Shown piece after piece: positions 11,205 to 21,224 of a stretch of DNA of 64,000 bases. Below the pieces are notes generated by a model, which did no database searches, had not been told where the DNA came from, and saw only the letters and a program-made list of their open reading frames with translations. The first letter of the stretch is position 1. Every line of letters begins with the position of its first letter. The DNA is from a virus. Location of the stretch: the IMG/VR virus record IMGVR_UViG_3300027985_000891, positions 60,899 through 124,898 of that record. The stretch is one strand, 5' to 3'. Position numbers and translations under genes: made by a program.

Positions 11205-11716
11205 GTCCGCTTTTCGCGCGACGACCTCTGAGCACCTCCTCTAAGAACCGATTTGTTCATTTTGTCGATCATGTTTTTCCGGACCTTATCCAGGCCATCC
11301 CAGATCTTTGGCAGCTTATCCATAATACGGATATACTTAGAGAGATCTGAATCGTCGTCACTAATCGTGAGCGTCCGGAGTATTTCAGTAAGCTGATCGA
11401 GCTTCTCTATTTGTATGTTGTAAAGAAATTCCTCTTTCTCCATACAATACTTACCATAGGTTTTTCCCAGAGCGGTGAACTGTTCCTCATCGAACTCTGG
11501 CCAATAATTGGTCTTAACCTCTAGTAACTTATCTTTACGCGGCATCCGGAAGATCTTGGACTTAGGATCCTCTATCATATAGAGTGACCACATAATCTTA
11601 CTGGCTTCTTCTTTTCCTCGCGTATCTATTAATGCCTTGAACTCACTGATGTATTTGAGTTCAGGATTCTGTTTGAAAAAATCTTGATCGGGATCCCCTG
11701 TTACAAATGCACTCAT
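11201..11716 (-). CDS. Possible terminase small subunit
   Basis: 171-aa helical protein overlapping the terL start; C-terminal LRGG; assigned by position. Confidence 0.45.
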   Translation of the reverse strand: MSAFVTGDPDQDFFKQNPELKYISEFKALIDTRGKEEASKIMWSLYMIEDPKSKIFRMPRKDKLLEVKTNYWPEFDEEQFTALGKTYGKYCMEKEEFLYNIQIEKLDQLTEILRTLTISDDDSDLSKYIRIMDKLPKIWDGLDKVRKNMIDKMNKSVLRGGAQRSSREKRT

Positions 11717-11717
11717 C

Positions 11718-12017
11718 TTATACCCGTTTTAGGCAAGGATCATTATCTGGACATGTTTCTTTACAGCAACAGAAGTCCGTACTACTATCCTTACAGTTAA
11801 TTTTTACTACCTTGTTAGGCTTAGTGCTCGTCAGACCCCAGCAGGGAGGACGGCATGGTACACAATCGTAAGTGTATTTCTTTAAAGGCATATTCGTTAC
11901 ATGAGCACAGCAGTTCCCTACTTTCCCACAGATTTCGTACACCTCCGGATACTCTAATGGTACTCGCTTTAATGGGTTCCGCTGTGCCTTGTATATATGA
12001 ATAGTCATGTCTAACAC
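11718..12017 (-). CDS. Small Cys-rich hypothetical protein
   Basis: About 99 aa with many Cys, co-oriented with the structural module. Confidence 0.5.
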   Translation of the reverse strand: MLDMTIHIYKAQRNPLKRVPLEYPEVYEICGKVGNCCAHVTNMPLKKYTYDCVPCRPPCWGLTSTKPNKVVKINCKDSSTDFCCCKETCPDNDPCLKRV

Positions 12018-12171
12018 GTTTTAAAAAATGCAACTAGCAACATAAGCCCCAGGGTAATGAGGTAGCTAATTGTCATGTCTCTTCTTTCTTTTTTCCTGCT
12101 CATACACCGTTATTAAAGATGCAATGACTGCTACAGTCCATGCAATACATGCAAAAACTGCCACTGCTATT

Positions 12172-12678
12172 TTATACCCTTCCATAAAGCAACGTCATCT
12201 CTTGTTGTAATTGTAAGGACGATAATGCTTCCCACTCTTTATCACTTATTACACAGGATAGTTTTGACGATTTAAGACTCTCTAATATTTTTCTAGTTAT
12301 GTCATCTTTTATGGCCTCATTGTATTGTAGTGTATGCTCTGCTGACAATACTTGACCAGGCAGTATGTTACCTTTTAGACCAGGAATCCGATCATACCAT
12401 ATCTCATTTATATACTCTACCATCATATCGATACTATCTTTTTTACCAAATATCTTATGAGTAACTTTTTCCAAAGAATTTGGAAGAGGATAGGGTATTG
12501 AATCATCACCAGTAAACTCCATAAACCCGGGACCCTTTTTTCTAAAAGATCTCTTTAGGCCATCCAATATTTTATCGAACAGTGGTCGAACGCTTCGGAT
12601 GTGATATACCGGTGACGTCGTCCCGTCCTGATACGTCATAACTATCCCCATGTTGTATGTATCTCCTCTTAAGCTCAT
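12172..12678 (-). CDS. Protein containing a segment paralogous to the MCP central region
   Basis: GPGFMEF..IPYP..SIDMMVEYINEIWYDRIP versus MCP GPGLLEF..IPYP..SIDMFVDYLQSIWFDRVP. Confidence 0.7.
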   Translation of the reverse strand: MSLRGDTYNMGIVMTYQDGTTSPVYHIRSVRPLFDKILDGLKRSFRKKGPGFMEFTGDDSIPYPLPNSLEKVTHKIFGKKDSIDMMVEYINEIWYDRIPGLKGNILPGQVLSAEHTLQYNEAIKDDITRKILESLKSSKLSCVISDKEWEALSSLQLQQEMTLLYGRV

Positions 12679-12918
12679 TTAATATCTTTTGATCTATTTT
12701 ATAAAGTCTTACTAGTCTCCAGTCCGGCCACCCTCTAGGAGGTGGAGCTGAACTACTCGGTAGAGGTGTTTCCTCTATTAAATATCTATGGTTCAATAAA
12801 TGCTATTTTAGAGCGTCTCATTATATCCATCCATTCCTGATACGTATAACTCTCCGGTTTACTATGATTACCTATAACATTGATAATCACCGTTTCCTGT
12901 AAATATTCCTTTATTTTA

Positions 12919-13305
12919 TTACCTAAGTCTTCTCGCCACATAATGAAAATGATCATACATGGGTTTAGCATATTCTTCTATAACTATTTGTCGACCGTTA
13001 CACTGTAATACATCTCCAGGATTAAACCAGTCAACATCCAGTCTAAGATTGAATACACTACCATTGATTCCTTGCAATGCTTCAAAAATCTTATTGATGA
13101 CATCGTCTTTATAATCAACTCTTCTTGGTACATAGTCATCCTCAATCGCACTGTATATCTTACGATACTCATTCCCTCTGTCATCTTTTGCCACTGCACC
13201 GCCTCTTAGTTTCCAGTGTACATAATCTTTATCTACTGGAGGCTCATATGATCCTTTTATGTAATTATACAATGGTGCTTTCATACACATTGTCCATTTA
13301 TACAT
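12919..13305 (-). CDS. Truncated paralog of the MCP N-terminal region (start probably at MKAP, about 13284)
   Basis: DKDYVHWKLRG and GINGSVFNLRLDVDWFNPGDVL versus MCP DTDWIRWRLRG and GVQGTEFNIKLDVEWFVEGDIL. Confidence 0.7.
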   Translation of the reverse strand: MYKWTMCMKAPLYNYIKGSYEPPVDKDYVHWKLRGGAVAKDDRGNEYRKIYSAIEDDYVPRRVDYKDDVINKIFEALQGINGSVFNLRLDVDWFNPGDVLQCNGRQIVIEEYAKPMYDHFHYVARRLR

Positions 13306-13496
13306 CGCTCACCTGGTTGACAATACGCATCGGTGTAACAACGTCTGGTTCTGTTTAATCCTGCTACTACTTTATTGGCTACTGCTTGAGGAGCTAAACT
13401 AATAGCATTTGCTTTTTCTCTTGCCTGTGCAATGAACGCTTCCTGTTGCTGCACAGACTGTTGTGTTACTTGTTTTTTACCACATCCACATCCCAT
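13281..13496 (-). CDS. Small Cys-rich protein (MGCGCGKK...)
   Basis: 71 aa; N-terminal CGCG and C-terminal CxxDxxCxxGxxCxxGxC module. Confidence 0.6.
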   Translation of the reverse strand: MGCGCGKKQVTQQSVQQQEAFIAQAREKANAISLAPQAVANKVVAGLNRTRRCYTDAYCQPGERCINGQCV

Positions 13497-13556
13497 AACT
13501 TTGGATTTAAAAGAAGAGGGAGCCCTTCGACTCCTCTCTCCGCTAATGAAAGAATG

Positions 13557-13961
13557 TTATCCTAATGTCAATATGTTTTCTCCATGCACCTGCGGCTTAA
13601 GTAAAGCATAACCAATAAAGGTTATTTTTAACTTGGCCTTGTCAGGATTCAGAATCTGCTTATTGTTCTCATCGAGGATCCAAAGATCCAATCCATCTTT
13701 CAAATACACCCATATACCTTTGGTAATAGGCATCTTTCCACTCGGGTACCATTGATCCTTTTGATCCTGGCTAAGCTTTTCCGCATCACTTTCTGTGAAT
13801 TCTGCAATGAACTGCTGACCTTCCTTACGAATCTCAGCGGTACATCCGCAATCCGGTTGCCAGTGAATAATATCTTCCGGATCACCTAATATTTCCCAGG
13901 ATACTTGTACTTTTTGACCTGGAAGTATATTTCCTATGTCTGCCAAATCACTTTTAAACAT
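13557..13961 (-). CDS. DUF1573-like Ig-fold protein
   Basis: CGCT motif in a beta-rich 134-aa protein. Confidence 0.5.
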   Translation of the reverse strand: MFKSDLADIGNILPGQKVQVSWEILGDPEDIIHWQPDCGCTAEIRKEGQQFIAEFTESDAEKLSQDQKDQWYPSGKMPITKGIWVYLKDGLDLWILDENNKQILNPDKAKLKITFIGYALLKPQVHGENILTLG

Positions 13962-14295
13962 GCTTTTTATTTTTTGTTAATTGAAATCCTATACCTTCAT
14001 GCTCTTTAAACTTGTTCCAGCGATCTTTGGATTGTATGGGACCCCACTTAAGAGCAGGACACAAGTCAGTACGAACATGAGCCCTTGCCGGCATCTTACA
14101 TTTACAGTCACTATGCTGACATTCACCAGCTTTCATACAATCACTGCAAGTTAAATAGCGATACATAAACTGCTCTATTTCATGCACTTCGGGTGTCCAA
14201 TCGCTCTGATCCAGTCTTTTCAAAATTGATCTCAATATCCAGATCATAAAGCTTCTCCATCGAGAAGGCATAAAATAATACTTTAGTTTAGTCAT
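13954..14295 (-). CDS. Cys-rich putative Zn-binding protein
   Basis: CxxC..C..CxC..CP..KW pattern. Confidence 0.55.
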   Translation of the reverse strand: MTKLKYYFMPSRWRSFMIWILRSILKRLDQSDWTPEVHEIEQFMYRYLTCSDCMKAGECQHSDCKCKMPARAHVRTDLCPALKWGPIQSKDRWNKFKEHEGIGFQLTKNKKHV

Positions 14296-14818
14296 TGTAC
14301 TTTGTCAAAATATACCGTTGGTTCAACAAAAAGGTAAAAGCATCTTCGGCCTCAAGCTTTTCTTTAAACTTGTTACCAACAAATACATCACCTTTCCAAT
14401 TAGCAACTACACCTCGAAATGCTTCAGGAGGTGCCATTTTATCTTTTAATCCGGGCTTCTCCAGAGTCAATGCCTGAAAATCTACCCATTCCTTATTCAA
14501 TTCCGATGCAGCAATATGATCCATTACGGTAACCAAGTCTCCTGGTTTTAATTTGTCCCATGGATCATTTACCCCATTTCCTACTGCCATTACTTTACCT
14601 ATGGGAAAGAGCTGCGATTCACGTTCGGATTGCAATGTTTTCTCTGAATCAAATCCTACATAAAGAGGAGTGTTTCTTTTTTCTGATCGATCTGCATCAT
14701 AATAATACAGTCTTACTAATATCTTATCTCCTAAAATCTCATACTTACTGAAGTCCTCCGGCACCGGTAAATTTCTCCAGTGATGGAAGTCTGCTGCTAT
14801 CTTCTCCTGTTTATTCAT
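14288..14818 (-). CDS. GroES-like co-chaperonin
   Basis: ILGDKILVR, GKVMAVG and LKPGDLV match the Cpn10 pattern; extended relative to GroES. Confidence 0.65.
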   Translation of the reverse strand: MNKQEKIAADFHHWRNLPVPEDFSKYEILGDKILVRLYYYDADRSEKRNTPLYVGFDSEKTLQSERESQLFPIGKVMAVGNGVNDPWDKLKPGDLVTVMDHIAASELNKEWVDFQALTLEKPGLKDKMAPPEAFRGVVANWKGDVFVGNKFKEKLEAEDAFTFLLNQRYILTKYND

Positions 14819-14982
14819 TTGTTACACCTAAAGTTTTATTAATAAATTTTTTCAAGTTTCTGATATCACTTATGTTATCTAGTGAATCCCGGACTATACC
14901 CTGATCTCCTCCTTTTTTATCCGGCTTGATCCGACCCTCTTGAAGGATCTCTAGGTACTTAAATGCCAGTTTCAGTTTAACC

Positions 14983-15204
14983 TCATTCTCCATTTGCTTG
15001 CTGTTTTAATTGTTCAATATCGACAATCGTAGGCACAACATATCTTTCACCTTTGTATCGGTACGTTAGTTCACCCTTTAGGAAAGCGGCCAAGGCTTTT
15101 CTTGCCATTGTTCTTTGGTTCAAGTTTGTCACCCGGTTGCCCTCCTTGTTCAGCTCGTACTTTGGTATAGTGCTGTAATCTTTTTGACCTACGAATTTCT
15201 TCAT
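14983..15204 (-). CDS. Hypothetical protein
   Basis: 73 aa, overlapping neighbours in operon fashion. Confidence 0.5.
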   Translation of the reverse strand: MKKFVGQKDYSTIPKYELNKEGNRVTNLNQRTMARKALAAFLKGELTYRYKGERYVVPTIVDIEQLKQQANGE

Positions 15205-15481
15205 CTTCTCTTCTTTTTATGATTTTTCGATATCGCTCTATTAACTCAGGATCTTCAATATCATTCTTCTTTAACCGTTCAATCTCCCGGTCCAGTGTTC
15301 CCAACTTAACCATGAATGTACCAAAACCTTTCCATAGAATTTTGGGCATATCTGGGAGTTTCATCTTTTCTCTGGTAGACTTAAAAAGCGTATCTACCAT
15401 CAGGTTTACATCTTGATATGGAATATCCATTTCTTCCGATATCTTCTTGACGGTCCTAATTATTACAGTTGTACTATCCAT
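15071..15481 (-). CDS. HU/IHF-like DNA-binding protein
   Basis: Two N-terminal helices then ILWKGFGTF (IHF/HU GFGTF motif). Confidence 0.7.
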   Translation of the reverse strand: MDSTTVIIRTVKKISEEMDIPYQDVNLMVDTLFKSTREKMKLPDMPKILWKGFGTFMVKLGTLDREIERLKKNDIEDPELIERYRKIIKRREDEEIRRSKRLQHYTKVRAEQGGQPGDKLEPKNNGKKSLGRFPKG

Positions 15482-15840
15482 TAGAAGTTTACTATTGTTT
15501 TGAACTGAAAGTTAAGTTTTTTCGGTATAGCTGAAAGTTTTAACCCATCTGGCAACACTAGCCTCTTCTCCTTTGTTTGAATCAAAAGACCTATGCTCTT
15601 CAACTTGCCCCGATAGGTATACACCTCATCTTTAACTTTAAACTTCATTCGATCCGATAGCTCTTCTACAGCATCAGGACTATCCAGTTCCCATCCATCA
15701 TTATACATCAACATACTTTCTACCAGGAACTCTTTAACCCTCTTTTTCGCTCTAATCTTTTCCGGAACATTCAATAATTGGAACACATCCACGTAAAAGT
15801 TAACGAAAGCTTTCTTGTCGTTAAAAACAAACTCACGCAT
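15481..15840 (-). CDS. Hypothetical winged-helix-like protein (start probably MREFVF at 15840)
   Basis: C-terminal part of track ORF 15481..15963; YRGKLKSIGLL is a wHTH-like pattern. Confidence 0.5.
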   Translation of the reverse strand: MREFVFNDKKAFVNFYVDVFQLLNVPEKIRAKKRVKEFLVESMLMYNDGWELDSPDAVEELSDRMKFKVKDEVYTYRGKLKSIGLLIQTKEKRLVLPDGLKLSAIPKKLNFQFKTIVNF

Positions 15841-15842
15841 AG

Positions 15843-15932
15843 CAAATATATTTTTTCTATACCGTAAATATAGGTAGTTAGACAAATCTATAAAAATATT
15901 ATAGGATATTAATTTTACTTCGCTTATATTTG
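15843..15932. promoter_or_regulatory. Divergent promoter region with TATATTTG on both strands
   Basis: TATATTTG at 15925-15932 (+) and 15850-15843 (-) match the Bacteroidota -7 element TAnnTTTG at the strand switch. Confidence 0.5.
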
Positions 15933-15936
15933 TAAC

Positions 15937-16752
15937 ATGTTGTTCTTCAAAGATTCCACACACACATACTATAATGTCAACGGCGTATACACTTCAGTAA
16001 CCGCCTTAATCGAACGATACAAGCAACCTTTTGAAGAAGACTTCTGGGCTACATACAAGGCCTTAGAACGACTAATAGGTGCCGAAGAGTTCAGAGATCT
16101 ACGAAGACACCGTGATTGGAAATCTCCAGCCTTTATTGAATGGGCATGCCTCTTTGTAGATCAACCTTTGCTTTTATCCACTATTAGTGAAATCAAAGCT
16201 GAATGGAGAGAAGAAAAGAATGTTGCTGCTGACCGGGGTACACACTATCACTCGGTTAAAGAGAAACAAGCATTGGCTAGTGGAAAAGCCATTAATCCCT
16301 TTGATGATAAGTTCTACGTTACGATCAAACCAACAAAGGCCCCAGGGAAGGACAAGGAGTCTATTCCGTCATTGGCTTCTCTTCTCGACGGTTATCACCC
16401 GGAACTTATCCTGTTCAATCACCGATTTAAGATTGCCGGCACTGCTGATAAAGTCTTTATTGAAACAATCGACGGTATTCGCTATATAGACATTGACGAC
16501 TTCAAGACCAACAAAACAATTAAGAAGACCAACTCGTTTCAAAAGATGAGACCTCCTCTGGACAAATTGGATGATTGCAACTACAATCACTATCGTCTCC
16601 AGATCTGCATCTATGCCTGGATGTTGGAGCAAGAAGGATATAAGGTACGAAATACTTCCTTTACCCATCTGAATGAGGTCTATAAAATTTCATACGGACA
16701 TACTCGAAAGTATATCGAGCCTATGCTCAATCACTTTTATCAAAATCAATAA
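15937..16752 (+). CDS. PD-(D/E)XK (Cas4-like) exonuclease
   Basis: RGTHYH, IAGTADKV, IDDFKTN and YRLQICIY motifs. Confidence 0.8.
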   Translation: MLFFKDSTHTYYNVNGVYTSVTALIERYKQPFEEDFWATYKALERLIGAEEFRDLRRHRDWKSPAFIEWACLFVDQPLLLSTISEIKAEWREEKNVAADRGTHYHSVKEKQALASGKAINPFDDKFYVTIKPTKAPGKDKESIPSLASLLDGYHPELILFNHRFKIAGTADKVFIETIDGIRYIDIDDFKTNKTIKKTNSFQKMRPPLDKLDDCNYNHYRLQICIYAWMLEQEGYKVRNTSFTHLNEVYKISYGHTRKYIEPMLNHFYQNQ

Positions 16753-17019
16753 TCATGAGAATATCCACACCAGAAGGTATTGAACTTGACGGTCTTGGTC
16801 TAAACGACTATGCCATTAAGATTGATCACACCAACAAGACTCTCGAATGGAGAGAGAATGAGACTACCAACAAGCTATCCTATGTACAAAAGTTACAAAT
16901 GGAAGAAGCAGCAGAAAAGAAGTATCCCGGATACAACTGGATGCGAGAGTACAAAAAAGGAGATGTAACCGTTTGGGCTTCCAGTCAAGAAGAAGCCAAC
17001 AACGTATTCAAGCAAATGA

Positions 17020-17670
17020 ATGTATAAAGTAGAGCAAAAAATATACCTATTATTCTATCATGATCGCACCATGATGACTAACCATTGGGAAACGGTGCGA
17101 AAGAACTTAACTTTGGAGAAAGCAAGAACTATTGTGAAGCGAAAACGAAAGGATCATCGTTATGTAGTCAAGGATTTCGGTGGCCGTATGGAGGTTACAC
17201 TCTATCGTTATCGTATCACTATGATGGTATTCTTAATGGTATTTAGTTTTGGATGCCTGATTGGTCAAAGTCGGCTCTTGACAGGGATGACCGCTTTTCT
17301 TAGTGGTGCAGCCGATGGCGTCAATCAGGCACTTTTGTTTCATTACGATGAAGTACAAAGAGTACATCCTAACATTAAAGATCAATGGTGGGATCCCGAT
17401 ATTTCCTGGAAGAACAAATATAAAGACTGGGATGAGGGAGATACTCGTGCAAGATTCCCTTTATCTAAAACAGCTTTCGTATCTTTAACAGACGGTTACC
17501 ACTTAACCCGAATGCTGAGTAATAAGTTACTAGGAACAGCAATAACCTACAATTTTTCCGGACCTCACAGAGACAAATGGTACATGTATGTCGTAGAAAC
17601 ATTAGCCATTTTTGCTGTGCGCTCGTTAGGATTTCACTTAACCTATACATTAGTCTATGGCCGCAATTAA
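17020..17670 (+). CDS. Membrane protein
   Basis: Hydrophobic segments plus WKNKY and LTDGYHL motifs. Confidence 0.55.
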   Translation: MYKVEQKIYLLFYHDRTMMTNHWETVRKNLTLEKARTIVKRKRKDHRYVVKDFGGRMEVTLYRYRITMMVFLMVFSFGCLIGQSRLLTGMTAFLSGAADGVNQALLFHYDEVQRVHPNIKDQWWDPDISWKNKYKDWDEGDTRARFPLSKTAFVSLTDGYHLTRMLSNKLLGTAITYNFSGPHRDKWYMYVVETLAIFAVRSLGFHLTYTLVYGRN

Positions 17671-17890
17671 AAGAGAATGGCACTATGAAGTGTTTAATAC
17701 CTGCGATGACTTCGAAACCTGGCAGGCTGATTGTGCTTATGAGCGTAACATACAAACCATTCAGGTCATGGATCAATGCGAATGTGGTTCTGGTGGTGCA
17801 CAAAAAGTAATGGTAACATGGTGGGTCACTCCTCCTGGGTCTTGTGATCACGAAGGTGGAATGCCCAGCTCAATGGCTCCTCCATCATGA
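17657..17890 (+). CDS. Small Cys-containing protein with a PSS-rich tail
   Basis: 77 aa, overlapping neighbours. Confidence 0.5.
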   Translation: MAAIKREWHYEVFNTCDDFETWQADCAYERNIQTIQVMDQCECGSGGAQKVMVTWWVTPPGSCDHEGGMPSSMAPPS

Positions 17891-18270
17891 TCGATATTAC
17901 AGGTGTCATGCGATATATGTTACCTTCATGTATCAAAGGTACAGACGGAATTATTTGCTTCGATTCTGTGTATAAAACACATAAACATTTCCCGGACGAA
18001 CGTTTATTTGAACATCCTCTTAAACCTTTAGTGTCCTATTCTTTTATCGAATTCGACATGGGAATGGGCTCTGATATAAAAACTAAAATGATTGACTTAA
18101 CGAATATCATGAAAAGCTATCTGAGACAGAAGCTTAAACAGGTTGACACTGACATGTATGGCATGGAGTGTGTTGACGGAAAATGTGTACCGGTATGTAA
18201 TTGTTTGGAAGACTGTCCAGAAGGACAAGAATGTGACTATAAAGAAGGAATATGTGTACCCGCGATTTAA
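17887..18270 (+). CDS. Hypothetical protein with Cys-rich C-terminus
   Basis: CVDGKCVPVCNCLEDCPEGQEC...CV module. Confidence 0.55.
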   Translation: MIDITGVMRYMLPSCIKGTDGIICFDSVYKTHKHFPDERLFEHPLKPLVSYSFIEFDMGMGSDIKTKMIDLTNIMKSYLRQKLKQVDTDMYGMECVDGKCVPVCNCLEDCPEGQECDYKEGICVPAI

Positions 18271-18450
18271 ATAACGTTCTTAAAGAAGCAATTAAGAAAC
18301 AGGTATTTCCCCGGGGAATGCGTGTAATTGCAGAAAGAGTATCCAATGATGTGGTTTACGCATACAAGTTGACCGATATCATCAGCAAAAGAGTGATTGA
18401 AGCTCTATCAGAGAGAAACAGATTGTATGTCAATGTAGAGCCAGCGAGTT

Positions 18451-19035
18451 ATGACTATAAGCAAACTGCTTATTATCCTCTTACTGATCTTGCCATTAAA
18501 TACTATGGTGGGCCAAGCTTACCAGGAACTAGTTAAGTTTAGAGACGGATGGATTTACGAACCTGAATTCGATTATACAGTATGTCCTTGGCAAACTTTT
18601 CGATTACAACCTTACTTGAGTTTACAAATAGATCTGGTCGCCGATCAGCAAGCTTTAGAAGTTCTTCAAGTAGAACCCTGGCTTTTTATGATTGATCTAC
18701 TGGACATTTACCATGGACACCCTTTTAGTTTTGACAGACTGGAATTAATTAGAAGGTGGAGTGAAGCTCCAAAAAAGTACACAGTACACATTCCCGGATT
18801 ACCGGTACCTTATGACGAATACTTTAGACTTGTGTCACCTTCTAAAGCATTAGACATAACCAAAAACGGAACCGGAGGATGGTACTACGAAAACAGTGGG
18901 GGGAAACTAGCATTGGCTATCAAGCAGCTTGGGCCAGCTTCCTATCAGATAAGCGCTGCATTATTTATGGAAGCAAAATCATTGCAGACCCAGGCTATAG
19001 TTACGCTAAAGAGTTTCATGTTGACATTCCCCTAG
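18451..19035 (+). CDS. Exported protein with signal peptide
   Basis: MTISKLLIILLLILPLNTMVGQ signal-like N-terminus. Confidence 0.55.
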   Translation: MTISKLLIILLLILPLNTMVGQAYQELVKFRDGWIYEPEFDYTVCPWQTFRLQPYLSLQIDLVADQQALEVLQVEPWLFMIDLLDIYHGHPFSFDRLELIRRWSEAPKKYTVHIPGLPVPYDEYFRLVSPSKALDITKNGTGGWYYENSGGKLALAIKQLGPASYQISAALFMEAKSLQTQAIVTLKSFMLTFP

Positions 19036-20833
19036 AAGGATACATACGATTATTTGAAAAACTTGCACCACGCGATGACATCAGCTTTAATCATGTCGCA
19101 CATTTCATTGACGCCTTATGCTATGATATTTCACATATATTTCCAAGCGTTCCATATCATAATCAATGAGTATGATAACAAAGAGCTGGAAGAGAGTATT
19201 TCTTCTTTGTATTTTGTATTTTTATTCGGATGACCATGTTTCCATACGACAGATATTATCACTACTACACTTTGATAGACAATCTATTCAATCCTCATGG
19301 CGAGGACGGATTTAACTTCATTGAACGTATCAATATGCTCTTCAATGGCGATGAAAGAGGTATAAAGTGCGTCCTGATGATTTACTATTTACATATCGAT
19401 ATTCGTAAAGCTTATGAACAAGCATATGCACGTCAAGTACAGTTTGCAAGAAAGGAAAGATTTCTCAATACCCTCTACAACAGTGTCTCTGATTCTATAC
19501 AATACATTGTTTAATAACATGCAAAATGAAATAGGAGACTACTTGGGACAAATGACACCTTTGTATCATGAAGATATCTGGGATGATGCTTATTTAAAAA
19601 TAGATACCTTATGTATTGACTTCAAAAACTATCTACAGAAACCTGTTAGTTTTAAAGATCACTGCGTGAGTGTTTACCAAAAAATGTTTAAATGATAGGA
19701 TATAAAAAAACCATGTACTGGTATTCCCGTATACTGGATATGTCAGCCTTTTACGACAAAAACTTTAGATATATCAAAGAATTAGATAGTTTAAGATACA
19801 TTATTGGAAATGGTCTCAGATACTTTTACTAGATACCCCAGGGAGAGGCTTGCACTGTACCTTTGCCTATTTCAAACCTTAGCTACATACGATGACATTG
19901 ATTCACTTGCTTACACCATTATCGTAGAACTAAATGAGATCTATGGATTCGAATATAACTATAAGCCCGTCGTCTTCTGGAGAGGTGAAAGGGATATCAC
20001 GGATGAGATCACAAGGCAAGCTCGAACCGGTATTCCATTCATACGTTAGAATATTCAGTATATGCGAACGAATCCTACGATTTCATTACGATCAGAAGAG
20101 CTTCAGTCCAGTAACACTGATTCAAGTAGATTTTCTTCTACTGGAGGACCAGATTTTGCGTTTTACATGAAAACTTATTATAAGATCGCAGATGTATTCC
20201 TTTACACTCCACTAGGCATTCATGACGTATTAAGAAACTTTATTCAAACTTTATATGCAGCTAAAAAACTATCAAGAACTACTACAGATCATGTGTAGCA
20301 TACAAAATCAAACTACCTTCATTCTTAAGAGTCTCTATCCGGAAATGAATAACCTTAGACTGGTAATTTTTTATCATAAACATTTGGAATGGAATACATG
20401 AAACAATACATACCACTCTTCGGTTTTATGAGAACAGCTTTCCTTAGTGAAGACAGAATTCTAACAAACCGTCTTGTTGTACTCACACTTCATCTTCAAA
20501 ATCAACCACCATGGCGAACCTTATCGAGGTTAGACGCTTTAAAAGATATCAATCCGTCTTTCACATAATACGAAAAATAGCCTTTCATAAAGAACTATTC
20601 ACATTAAGCAGTGAACTGTATTATCTACAATAGCCCTATACGCTACCTACCCTAGGATATATTTCCAGATCGATATGCCGGCATTATTTTGGGTACACTC
20701 ATTTAAGTCCCCCCCTTTATATGGATGTTAGTTCCTCTATATATGGATGTTAAGTTTAGTACCCTCTAATGCATGACCCCTTCAAAGTTATCCCCCCCTT
20801 CGTTGATTACTAACTTTCCTAAATTTATACATT

Positions 20834-21187
20834 ATGTCTAAACTTGTCGGTAAGAAGGCTGACGCAGCTTTCAACGCTTTCGCATTCCGTTCTGAGATTA
20901 AGAAATCCAACGGAGATACGCAAGAAGTTTTCATGCTTGGGTTGTTCAAGGAACAACGTTACGATTCGAATGTCAGATCTGGTTGGATCCAACATTCTTC
21001 GCTTGTATCCGATCTCATGGACACGCTCTCATACGAGGAGCAAACCATTACTGGTACTGTCATGAAATCGGGCAAGCAGTTCGTTCTATACCTCGATCAG
21101 ATGCCTGCTGAGGTAGAGAATCGAGATGGTAAGCCTAGGTACGACTGTAGACCAGTTCGCATCGTTGGCTTCGAAATACCTGAATAA
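20834..21187 (+). CDS. Hypothetical beta-rich protein, possibly a highly expressed early gene
   Basis: 117 aa with codon usage distinct from its neighbours, its own upstream non-coding region and a terminator. Confidence 0.65.
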   Translation: MSKLVGKKADAAFNAFAFRSEIKKSNGDTQEVFMLGLFKEQRYDSNVRSGWIQHSSLVSDLMDTLSYEEQTITGTVMKSGKQFVLYLDQMPAEVENRDGKPRYDCRPVRIVGFEIPE

Positions 21188-21192
21188 AACCC

Positions 21193-21224
21193 CAGGGAGA
21201 GGAGAAATCCTCTCTCTGTTTTTT
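21193..21224 (+). terminator. Intrinsic terminator
   Basis: CAGGGAGAGGA-GAAA-TCCTCTCTCTG followed by a T-run. Confidence 0.75.

Noticed and set aside
481-11350. Plus-strand ORFs antisense to the structural genes
   Set aside because: They are shadow ORFs of long minus-strand genes, with no recognisable motifs.
15937-16752. Cas4-like nuclease as part of the RAMP system
   Set aside because: It lies about 9 kb away, and solo PD-(D/E)XK nucleases are common in such phages; there is no linkage evidence.
20771-20780. 10-nt matches between concatenated NN strings and the genome (tract 7 GCATGACCCC here; tract 1 AAATGGTCTC at 19808)
   Set aside because: Several 10-mer matches are expected by chance in 64 kb searched on both strands.
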